A stretch of 64,000 nt of DNA from Alphaproteobacteria bacterium. GTDB taxonomy: Bacteria > Pseudomonadota > Alphaproteobacteria > RF32 > CAG-239. Numbering within the stretch: position 1 is the first letter of the stretch; every line of letters begins with the position of its first letter. Location of the stretch: assembly GCA_016283295.1 (NCBI GenBank), contig JAEEMQ010000049.1, positions 1,811 through 65,810 on the forward strand, in the 5' to 3' direction. The notes under the pieces were generated by a model. It worked only from the letters and a program-made list of their open reading frames with translations. It did no database searches and had not been told where the DNA came from. The position numbers were made by a program, and so were the translations under genes. Of this stretch, positions 38,433-46,404 are shown one piece after another.

Positions 38433-39224
38433 ATGGACAATATCGAACAAATATTGAATTGGTATTTAACCGCCGGCGTTGATGAAATTTGCGCCGATAC
38501 GCCGTGCGATGCCCTGAAACCGGCCGTGCCGCCGCAAAACAATGTTAGCAGCAACTCTGCCGCAGTTCCGACAGCAAATGTTGCCCGACAGGCTGTTTCC
38601 GATTTGTCGCAAATAAATGTCGTTGCCTGCAAAAACGCCGAGGAAATCTGCCAAAAGGCGCAAACGCTCGATGATTTGCGTGCCATGACGGAAGATTTTG
38701 ACGGTTGTTCTTTGAAGTTTTCGGCCAACTCCACCGTGTTCGGTTACGGCAATCCGCAGGCGGAAGTAATGCTTATCGGCGAAGCACCGGGAGCGGATGA
38801 AGACCGCTTGGGCGAACCTTTTGTCGGGCGCAGCGGCCATCTTTTAGATAAAATGCTGGCGGCGATTGAGCTTAAACGCGAAGATTGCTACATTACCAAC
38901 ATTTTGCCGTGGCGGCCGCCGGGGAACCGCACTCCGACCTCGGAAGAAGTGGCGGTTTGTCTGCCGTTTTTGAAGCGGCAAATTGAGTTAATAAAGCCGA
39001 AAATAATCTTCATTCTCGGACGCAGCGCAGCCAATGCCCTGTTGGATAATGCCGACAGCATCTCGTCTTTGCGCGGGCACTTTATTGACTACACTTCGGC
39101 TCAGGGGACGGTTATTCCCACTCTGTCGAGTTTTCACCCGGCGTATTTGTTACGCACCGCGTCGCAAAAAAGCAAATCGTGGGCGGATTTGTTGCGCCTG
39201 AAACATAAATTGAGCGAGCTTTAG
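38433..39224 (+). CDS. Uracil-DNA glycosylase, family 4, with N-terminal extension
   Basis: GEAPGADEDRLGEPFVGRSGHLL and HPAYLLR motifs. Confidence 0.85.
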   Translation: MDNIEQILNWYLTAGVDEICADTPCDALKPAVPPQNNVSSNSAAVPTANVARQAVSDLSQINVVACKNAEEICQKAQTLDDLRAMTEDFDGCSLKFSANSTVFGYGNPQAEVMLIGEAPGADEDRLGEPFVGRSGHLLDKMLAAIELKREDCYITNILPWRPPGNRTPTSEEVAVCLPFLKRQIELIKPKIIFILGRSAANALLDNADSISSLRGHFIDYTSAQGTVIPTLSSFHPAYLLRTASQKSKSWADLLRLKHKLSEL

Positions 39225-39301
39225 TTTTTTTATAAAATTTAGGAAAAATTAAAGAATAATTGTGTATGATATGGTCAGATTTAATACTTTGGAGTAGAAA
39301 A

Positions 39302-40111
39302 ATGAGTTTGATTAAAAAAATTACATTCGGTTTAACTTTCGGTATGGCCCTGTGCTTAGCGGCTGCGTCTTATGCCGATGAACCGCAGAAAAAAGAATTT
39401 GAAAAAACTTCTGATGCCGATGCCATTTTGTTCCGTATCGAAAATATTAAACCTTTAACCAACGAAGAAGGTTTGACCGACAGATGTTCTTTTTTGGTAA
39501 CCGTATACAACCGTATGGAAAAGAAGGTTGAAAAAATCAATATGGACTTCCGTTGGCAAGATGCCATCGCCAAAAAATATCAGATTGTTGATGACAGCGT
39601 AGAGCCGGTTGATGATCCGAAAGATGCCATCACTTATATTATGAAGCATATTGAGTTGGAAGACATTTTCCCGCATCAGCAAAAGAGTTTTGAAGAAATC
39701 GTTACCACCGACAAGTGCTTCTTGTTGCTTGACCAGCTGGAATACAAAGTAAACGATTGTATTGCCGAAGGCGATAAAATTACGGTAAAGAACAACCAGC
39801 AAACCAATCGCGGCAGCTGTCTTGACCGCTTCAACTACATCAACTCAAAGAATCCGGAATACTATTCGGAATTTAAGGATACTCCGGACAGCGTATTGGA
39901 GCAGCAGGCAGAAGAAGCTAAGGCTCACGAGTTGGCCGGCGTTGAAGAAGTTTATAAAAAGTCTTTAGCCGATTTGGAAGAAGTTTCGCTCGAATTGGAT
40001 AAAATCATAACGAGAGAAGCAGCTGCCGAAAAAGATAAAAAAGTCGAAGGCGAAGATAAAGATAAGAAAGACGAAAGTAAAGACGAGGCTGAGGCCGGAG
40101 ATAAAGAATAA
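39302..40111 (+). CDS. Secreted Cys-patterned protein, paralogue A, with Lys/Glu/Asp-rich tail
   Basis: Signal peptide ending ASYA. Shares the RC-x-[FM]-x-[VI]-x-V-x-N-x-M...W and CF...VN-x-C pattern with the next gene. Confidence 0.6.
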   Translation: MSLIKKITFGLTFGMALCLAAASYADEPQKKEFEKTSDADAILFRIENIKPLTNEEGLTDRCSFLVTVYNRMEKKVEKINMDFRWQDAIAKKYQIVDDSVEPVDDPKDAITYIMKHIELEDIFPHQQKSFEEIVTTDKCFLLLDQLEYKVNDCIAEGDKITVKNNQQTNRGSCLDRFNYINSKNPEYYSEFKDTPDSVLEQQAEEAKAHELAGVEEVYKKSLADLEEVSLELDKIITREAAAEKDKKVEGEDKDKKDESKDEAEAGDKE

Positions 40112-40132
40112 TCGGCTTTGAAAGGTTTGACA

Positions 40133-40822
40133 ATGCGTTTGATTTGTTATCTTGTATTAGTTGCCGCTTGCTCGGTGTTTAATGCTTCCGCGCAATCTTT
40201 TTCCAGCGGTTCGGGTATTGCGAGCGGTTCGGATAAAGCAACCGCGGCAACCGCAGACACCGCCGATACGGCGGCGGCCGACGCTGCAGCAGATGCCGCA
40301 AAGCCGAAGGATGCACCGATAATCGGCATTCCGGCCTATACCGAATCCAATGATGTTGCCTCCAAACCTGATGTGGTGGTAAACATCAGCGGTGACGAGC
40401 AAAAGGTGCAAGAACCGGTATATGATAACAGCGAGGGCAAAGTTGTCAGTTTCAAGATTGTCAACGGCAAGCTCGTGCACGATGACGAACGCAAAATTCT
40501 GGTTTCGTATGACGATTTTTCGGTCAGCCGCGGTATGGATAATCTGGTTCGTTGCAAAATGCGTATTTACGTATTGAACGATATGACCGAACGTCTCAAC
40601 AGTTTCGGCATCAAGCTGATATGGCCGGAAATCACCACCGCCATCAACCTGGTGAAGGTTAATCCGGGAGTTAGAACCTATCGCGACGTTATGCTTTTGG
40701 GCGACGGTTGTTTCTCGATGGATAAAAATCCGACGATTGAGGTTAATCGTTGCCGAGTTAAAGGCAAAACCGAAGAACAATGTGCCAATGCCGTCATGTG
40801 GTATAAAAAACAGGCAAAATAG
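40133..40822 (+). CDS. Secreted Cys-patterned protein, paralogue B
   Basis: Signal peptide MRLICYLVLVAACSVFNASA. Ala/Asp/Thr-rich linker. Conserved core shared with 39302..40111. Confidence 0.6.
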   Translation: MRLICYLVLVAACSVFNASAQSFSSGSGIASGSDKATAATADTADTAAADAAADAAKPKDAPIIGIPAYTESNDVASKPDVVVNISGDEQKVQEPVYDNSEGKVVSFKIVNGKLVHDDERKILVSYDDFSVSRGMDNLVRCKMRIYVLNDMTERLNSFGIKLIWPEITTAINLVKVNPGVRTYRDVMLLGDGCFSMDKNPTIEVNRCRVKGKTEEQCANAVMWYKKQAK

Positions 40823-40845
40823 ATTTTATAAATACTTTCCTCCGG

Positions 40846-40883
40846 CAAGGGCTTTCGTGAAAATCGAAGGCCCTTGTTTTTTT
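40846..40883 (+). terminator. Intrinsic terminator
   Basis: CAAGGGC - loop - GCCCTTG followed by TTTTTTT. Confidence 0.7.
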
Positions 40884-40904
40884 CTTGCCAATTTTGCAAA
40901 AAAA

Positions 40905-40920
40905 ATATATAATATAAGTG
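40905..40920 (+). repeat. Left arm of an imperfect inverted repeat bounding the islet
   Basis: ATATATAATATAAGTG equals the reverse complement of 45296..45313 except for a 2-nt TA indel. The sequence is low complexity. Confidence 0.4.
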
Positions 40921-40926
40921 TTACAA

Positions 40927-41064
40927 ATTAGGGATTTTATTTGCGATTATTAAATTATTCTTTTCATTGTTGTTATTTCTGCTTTCCGAAACTTTATGTT
41001 TTGGTTGGTTGATAATTTCAATATTTGAGGGAGTGGTTTGTTAAGCGCAAATAAATCCCTTAAA
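40927..41064. repeat. Inverted repeat pair flanking about 100 bp upstream of the 81-aa ORF
   Basis: ATTAGGGATTTTATTTGCG (40927..40945) against CGCAAATAAATCCCTTAAA (41046..41064), imperfect. Confidence 0.45.
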
Positions 41065-41075
41065 TTATTGGAACT

Positions 41076-41321
41076 ATGGCAACAATATTCTTTTTAGCCT
41101 TCGTACTCGCCTGCATTTTAGGTGTCAGATATGTTTGGCAGAATCACCGGGAAAAGCGTATAGTGAAAATACCGTTGACTATCATCGGCTTATATTTCAT
41201 ATACAAATTTCTCGTCTGGTTATCATGTATTATATCATCAATATTCGGTGGCGGAACCGTCACGGTAATTGTTATTATAATACTGGTAATTGTAGCATAC
41301 GGAATTTGGGATGATATGTAA
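41076..41321 (+). CDS. Small membrane protein (81 aa)
   Basis: Three hydrophobic segments. AT-rich, with non-host codon choices. Followed by a strong terminator. Confidence 0.5.
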   Translation: MATIFFLAFVLACILGVRYVWQNHREKRIVKIPLTIIGLYFIYKFLVWLSCIISSIFGGGTVTVIVIIILVIVAYGIWDDM

Positions 41322-41345
41322 TCATTTCAGATTTCAAAACTGCGG

Positions 41346-41389
41346 ACGTTCGGTATATGAAAGGAATTTCATAAACCGAACGTTTTTTT
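41346..41389 (+). terminator. Intrinsic terminator
   Basis: ACGTTCGGT ... ACCGAACGT with an inner TATGAAA/TTTCATA stem, followed by TTTTTTT. Confidence 0.75.
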
Positions 41390-41411
41390 ATGCAAAAAAA
41401 CACACGTATTT

Positions 41412-41456
41412 AAAAAAGCGAACAGCGTCTCTCCGGTTAGGGTAGAGGCGCTGTTC
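41412..41456 (-). terminator. Intrinsic terminator after the 302-aa gene
   Basis: GAACAGCG ... CGCTGTTC. A T6 run follows on the minus strand. Confidence 0.65.
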
Positions 41457-41476
41457 TGTATGGTGAACGTTGAGAA

Positions 41477-42385
41477 TCACTTAGAGGGGCTCTGGTAGGG
41501 CTTCATATCGTGGCGAAGGTTCCACACCTCTGCCTCGGTATTATAGCCGGCGAACTTCATGCCCGGGTGGTTATACTTCTTGTGCTTATTGAAGCGGAAG
41601 CTAACACCGGCATAAAGCTTTACCTCCTGGTAAAACTTATTGGTATTGAGCAGAATGTTCTGCTGCAAACCGTAAGATACACCAGCAAAGAGACCCCACG
41701 GTGAAAATGCCTTGTGCCAATAGGCCTCGGCAAACACGTAGCCGCCGGAAGTGAACTCGCGGATGTCCAAATCGCTCCTAGTCGTGGTATGGGTAGTCGT
41801 TGACCCATCGGGGTTCACCGTCTTACCAGACCATTCATACGTTTCGTTATCAAGGAACTGGGAGAGCTGGAAAGTTCCAGCAATACCCAACTTGATACCG
41901 GCGTGATGATTAAGGAACTGAATCGGCTTCCAGTACGCACGGAACTCCGCACGCTCCTGGAGGAATACAGACACGTCGTCGCTCGCAACATCGGGACGAG
42001 CACGCTGGAAGATAAAACGACCATCGATACCGCCACGACGAGCTTCCCATCCAGCGCCAACACCACCGCCAAGGACCTTATGGTCCGCAAACCAACCACC
42101 GACAGCAAACGCGTTGATGTCGTAGCCATGATTATCCTCCGTATAGAGGATCAACGGCTTCTGGTTGTTGCCAGCCAAGGTCTTAATCTCATCCTGGTGC
42201 GCTCCCTTATAGCGGGTAGCGTCCTCGTCGTTGAGAATTGTTACCTTGTCCTGGTTGCCGAACTCGGGGTTTGAATTGGCACTCATCTCGGGGGTAAGAC
42301 CTCCGAAATTGCTCTCGTCCCAAACCTGAGCGTTAACGGTTGCGGTTGCGCAGCACAGAGCGGCTGCTATGATAAACTTTTTCAT
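41477..42385 (-). CDS. Signal-peptide protein, probable outer membrane beta-barrel (Bacteroidota-like)
   Basis: MKKFIIAAALCCATATVNAQ signal. Alternating aromatic and Gly-rich strands (GVSYGL, LYAGVSFRF). No SD. Confidence 0.55.
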   Translation of the reverse strand: MKKFIIAAALCCATATVNAQVWDESNFGGLTPEMSANSNPEFGNQDKVTILNDEDATRYKGAHQDEIKTLAGNNQKPLILYTEDNHGYDINAFAVGGWFADHKVLGGGVGAGWEARRGGIDGRFIFQRARPDVASDDVSVFLQERAEFRAYWKPIQFLNHHAGIKLGIAGTFQLSQFLDNETYEWSGKTVNPDGSTTTHTTTRSDLDIREFTSGGYVFAEAYWHKAFSPWGLFAGVSYGLQQNILLNTNKFYQEVKLYAGVSFRFNKHKKYNHPGMKFAGYNTEAEVWNLRHDMKPYQSPSK

Positions 42386-42626
42386 TGTAGTAATTGTTTG
42401 AAAATGAATAATTTGTGTTGTCTCTCGAGGTTACCGACTCGCAAGGTCATACGGCATAGCCGCTCTATCCCCTTATATGCCGACCGGCACACTCGGAAAA
42501 TAATTATGACTTTTGCAAGAAGGCGAACCTCGAGACATCAAACACTTAAAAAAAATTACATATCAATGGGGCTGGATATGCACGGAACCCGTCCGCGCGC
42601 TTCGACCCCATTGCGGGGAAGAAGGG

Positions 42627-44912
42627 TTATTTCCAGCTACCAAGATACGACCCGGAGTAAGTGTCGGTAGCGGTTAAGCGACCGTCATTAACCTTAAGGT
42701 CGTAGCGAGAGGTCTGAGTTGAGCAATGCCCGTCAACCATATGTCCTTCGTCCCAGTTCTGAGACATTGCAATCATATAGTCTTGGTTAGCACGCTCGGT
42801 GTTGCCACGTGACCAAGTCATCTGAGTATACTGGTCAGAAGCCACAGTATTAATCCAGACCCCGTCAACGCAGGTACCTGAATTGTAGCTATGGTCTGAA
42901 GTGTACTCAAAGTACTCGAAGTTCCAATCAGGAGACGAGTACGACTGTACTACCACGGGCAGAACACCCTTCTCAAAGTGCAACGACCAGATATAAACGA
43001 AGCCGTTGTGCTTAGCGTTATTGCTAACGGTCTGCTTCACTTCAAGAAGTTTTCCCCAAGGCTTGGGGAAGAAAGTCTCTTCCTCTGGTACTACCACTTT
43101 CACCTTGATGGTTCCGGGAGCAGTGCTGGTCTTTATATTGGAACCCCAAACGTAACGGAGTACGTCGGAGTAAGAATATACAGTATATCCGTTGTTCTCC
43201 ACACCGGCCGACAGAGCGTCAGCATTCGATGCGCTAAGAGTACGCGACTCAAATGAGAACGGGTTGTCGTTGTAGATGACCTTAAAGCCATTGGCCTCAC
43301 GAGAAGTCCAATGATTCTTCTGGGTTGAACCTAACAACGTAACCACGGACTGCAAGTCGTAGTACTCACGTACCCAGCTTGCCTTTGCACCCTTCTGCTC
43401 CTCCGAGTGGTTCTCAGTATTGGAGAGAGATACAGTCACGTTAGAAGTGCTGTAAGTCTTATCCTCCTCCTCTGAAGACCAGTTGGTATCGCAGTTTAAG
43501 GAACGAGAATCCTTGAACTGGAAAGGAATGCGCTCAACATGGCCATCGGACCAGTTGATAACGTAAACCAAATTCCAGATAACCTGGTTATCATCGATAT
43601 CCTCGGTGCAGTTGGACTTATCCCAGCCCTGGGAGGTGATATGGGCGTTTTCCACCAAAAGGAACACACTTTCAGCAACGTCCTGAGCGTAGCCCAGATA
43701 CGAAGTGCCGATTGCGTTGTTCAGACGGCGAGTAGTATACCCATTTCGACCTTCTGCGTCGTTAACGATGGTGCTGCGCTCAGCAACCTCCGGAGCAATG
43801 AAATCGAAGTTAGCCTTAACACCAAACTGGTTGGAGTATTCAGCCTTCTCGTGGTAGAACTTGTAATCGGTGTCAACCGGATTCAAGTCACCGTCATTGT
43901 TCAAGCGAGCAGAGAACATGTCAGTTTTGCCACTAATGGTAAAGTTACCATCGGTGCGAACTTGAGAGGCATTGCCGTTCTGCCAGGGATTGTTATACCT
44001 CCAAGTGTAAAGAAAGTTCTTTACAATCTTGTCATATTCCTCCTTAGCAGTCCACTTGCGCTGCAGAATGGTAGACTCAGTTGAACGGTGCTTAGAACCG
44101 TCCTTCATAATCCACTCAATTTCCACATCGCAGCGCTCCTCAGTCTCGCTGATGGGGACTCTGTTCTCCGAAACCTTTTTAGCGTCAACGATATCGTTGA
44201 CGTCCATCTGATAGACACGGATGGTATCACGCAACTCAATCTCAGCCCCGTTCATCTCATAACCGATAATCTCGTAGGGTACGCCCCACACAAATTCACG
44301 ACAGACAGAATCTGCCACGAACTCGTCGCCGCGGGTACGATAATTAGTCGTGCCAGGCAAACGATTAATCGCTTTGAGATACTTCTTACCAATCTTGATG
44401 TACGGCAGTTTGTAAGTCTTACCGTTCAGCGTATACTCGATACGCTCATCGGCATTGTTTGAATAAACGATGTTGCCGTCCTCTACCTGAGAGGTGGTCT
44501 TAACAGCGTCCTCAAACACCTTACGGTTGTCCGAAGATGATTTTGTAGAAGTCACAGGGTCAGAGTGTGAAGTGCGCTCCAAAGAATAAGCAAGAGCTAC
44601 ATCTTTGGCTGCTGCGTATTTGTCATGCTCGTGAGAGCAAGACACACGCGCACTACCCTTATCGGAAAGGCCCAAATCGGAACCGTCCTTAACCACCCAA
44701 TTAATGTCAGCCTCGTTGCCGCGGTTGTCCACGGTATAGCTAAAGACATAATCAGGATTGATTTCGACGGGGTCATCCGGCTTTACGGGGCCCTCCGTAT
44801 CTTCCGACTGAGTACGGAAATCGGTTAATTTTTCGCAAGAAGCGAACCCGATGATTGCTACCAAGGCAAGCACAAAAAGGCCTGCGAGGTTTAATTTCTT
44901 ACTTCCCTTCAT
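42627..44912 (-). CDS. Large lipoprotein (761 aa), Bacteroidota-like
   Basis: MKGSKKLNLAGLFVLALVAIIGFASC lipobox. A-rich leader without SD. Periodic [VI]-x-W motif about every 190 aa. Confidence 0.65.
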   Translation of the reverse strand: MKGSKKLNLAGLFVLALVAIIGFASCEKLTDFRTQSEDTEGPVKPDDPVEINPDYVFSYTVDNRGNEADINWVVKDGSDLGLSDKGSARVSCSHEHDKYAAAKDVALAYSLERTSHSDPVTSTKSSSDNRKVFEDAVKTTSQVEDGNIVYSNNADERIEYTLNGKTYKLPYIKIGKKYLKAINRLPGTTNYRTRGDEFVADSVCREFVWGVPYEIIGYEMNGAEIELRDTIRVYQMDVNDIVDAKKVSENRVPISETEERCDVEIEWIMKDGSKHRSTESTILQRKWTAKEEYDKIVKNFLYTWRYNNPWQNGNASQVRTDGNFTISGKTDMFSARLNNDGDLNPVDTDYKFYHEKAEYSNQFGVKANFDFIAPEVAERSTIVNDAEGRNGYTTRRLNNAIGTSYLGYAQDVAESVFLLVENAHITSQGWDKSNCTEDIDDNQVIWNLVYVINWSDGHVERIPFQFKDSRSLNCDTNWSSEEEDKTYSTSNVTVSLSNTENHSEEQKGAKASWVREYYDLQSVVTLLGSTQKNHWTSREANGFKVIYNDNPFSFESRTLSASNADALSAGVENNGYTVYSYSDVLRYVWGSNIKTSTAPGTIKVKVVVPEEETFFPKPWGKLLEVKQTVSNNAKHNGFVYIWSLHFEKGVLPVVVQSYSSPDWNFEYFEYTSDHSYNSGTCVDGVWINTVASDQYTQMTWSRGNTERANQDYMIAMSQNWDEGHMVDGHCSTQTSRYDLKVNDGRLTATDTYSGSYLGSWK

Positions 44913-45295
44913 ATTTTGTAATTTTTTTTTGTTTTTGTATTCTTGAAACGGTTCATCTCACTAAAGGAACACTCAACTCGTGAGAAATTTCCTTTGTCAT
45001 CACTATGACGGAGAGCGTTTTACGTGTGTTACAGCTGAAAACCATACTGCATTACACAGGACTCCGTCATCATTAATGGCGAAGTGATATATAGAACTGT
45101 CAATTTCCATACAACAAAACCAATGAAAACGTATATTAAGTGATTTTTACGTTCTCTATAATTGTAGGTATACTAATTGACAATGATAATTCATAAGCAT
45201 TATTAACATAGCACGTTTTTTCGGGCTTTGCAACAAAAAAATGCATACTTTTGCAAAAATTTCGACAAATGGCGAAAATATTGCTGAATCGGACA

Positions 45296-45313
45296 CACTT
45301 ATATATTATATAT
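45296..45313 (-). repeat. Right arm of the imperfect inverted repeat bounding the islet
   Basis: CACTTATATATTATATAT; see 40905..40920. Confidence 0.4.
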
Positions 45314-45348
45314 GAATCTGCCGCGTTTTTTTGCGGGGAAGAACAAGC

Positions 45349-45490
45349 CTCGTCATTACGAGGAAGCCGGAACGGCTGACGTGGTAATCTCATACGACGC
45401 CGTGCAACCTCAGGCCAAACAATACTGCCGCCGCAAAGCAAGGTATTGAGATCCTCACGTCGGCACGCCGTGCCTCCTCAGGATGACGAG
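45349..45490. repeat. 142-bp composite palindrome made of two inverted copies of the dispersed repeat unit
   Basis: 45349..45391 (CTCGTCATTACGAGGAAG..GACGTGGTAATCTC) and its inverted copy 45448..45490 (GAGATCCTCACGTC..CCTCCTCAGGATGACGAG). Same family as 24..60. Confidence 0.65.
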
Positions 45491-45541
45491 TATGATTCTA
45501 TCCGGCTCGCAATGTCGCACCATTCCGCGGAGTCGCGACAC

Positions 45542-45568
45542 AAAAAAAGGAGCCCCAAAGGAGCTCCT
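45542..45568 (-). terminator. Terminator after the pilin-like gene
   Basis: AGGAGC/GCTCCT stem followed by a T7 run on the minus strand. Confidence 0.55.
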
Positions 45569-45597
45569 CAATGACTTTTTTATGCTAAGCATGCATA

Positions 45598-46272
45598 TCA
45601 GTAATATTTCCAAGCCAATTCGTTGGTGGTATCTGCAGTACAAGCGTTGGCAGCCCAAGCAACGGACATCGGCATTTTATTGAAGCAAGACAAAGCTTTA
45701 CCAGCCTCACCTTTTGATTCGCAAGCATCATATACTTGCGATTTCAAAGTTGCGGTGTTGTTGATGGAGAATGCAATCAAACCGGAACCGGAAGAAGCAT
45801 CCCAGTTTTGCGAAGCCAAGTCAACACAAGCTTCCTTCGGAATACCGCCGAATACGATGATGAATGCTTTGTGAGCTTTGGTAGCGTCGTTTTGACCGCT
45901 ACCGTTTTCAATGGCAAATCTGGAAGCGGAGTACAAATTAACAGAACCGCCGTAAGCGTTGTTCCAATCAGCCCAGGTCATATCATCACCGGCCGTACCG
46001 CCCAGCATTTCATCCGGGAAAACGTGTGCTTTATACATAAGTGCCGGAACGTTAGTGGTAGAATCCGTTGCCAAGTCCTTATAGTTCTTTTGCGAACCGA
46101 ACAGAATACGGACGTTTGCCACAATGTGGGAAACTTGGTCGATGGTTTTGTTTGCTCTGAATTTGGCCATAGCTTTTGAGTAACCGGCAATACCGCCCAC
46201 CGACAAAACGCCGATAATCGCCAACACGCCGAGCATTTCAATCATGGAACGACCTTTTTCGTTTATTTTCAT
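45598..46272 (-). CDS. Type IV pilin / pseudopilin-like protein
   Basis: Prepilin leader MKINEKG, then RSMIEMLGVLAIIGVLSVGGIAG with Glu at +5. AAGGAG SD 7 nt upstream of the ATG at 46272. Codon choices look like those of a highly expressed gene. Confidence 0.75.
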   Translation of the reverse strand: MKINEKGRSMIEMLGVLAIIGVLSVGGIAGYSKAMAKFRANKTIDQVSHIVANVRILFGSQKNYKDLATDSTTNVPALMYKAHVFPDEMLGGTAGDDMTWADWNNAYGGSVNLYSASRFAIENGSGQNDATKAHKAFIIVFGGIPKEACVDLASQNWDASSGSGLIAFSINNTATLKSQVYDACESKGEAGKALSCFNKMPMSVAWAANACTADTTNELAWKYY

Positions 46273-46404
46273 AGTTTTTCTCCTTAAAAATACGTATTTT
46301 GAGTAGTCTGCCACTGTGGCATTCTAGGCTTATTATGCCGTGCTTTTTTTAATTTTTCAAGCCCGAAAATGGATATATTACCCGCATATTACTTTAGGTA
46401 TAGA

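Larger units (their letters stand above)
40890..45340. other. Compositionally atypical islet with three ORFs and Bacteroidota-like gene style
   Basis: Codon preference changes to AAG/GAG/TTC/ATC/AAC/GAC/CTC. The two large genes lack SD sites. See findings. Confidence 0.6.
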
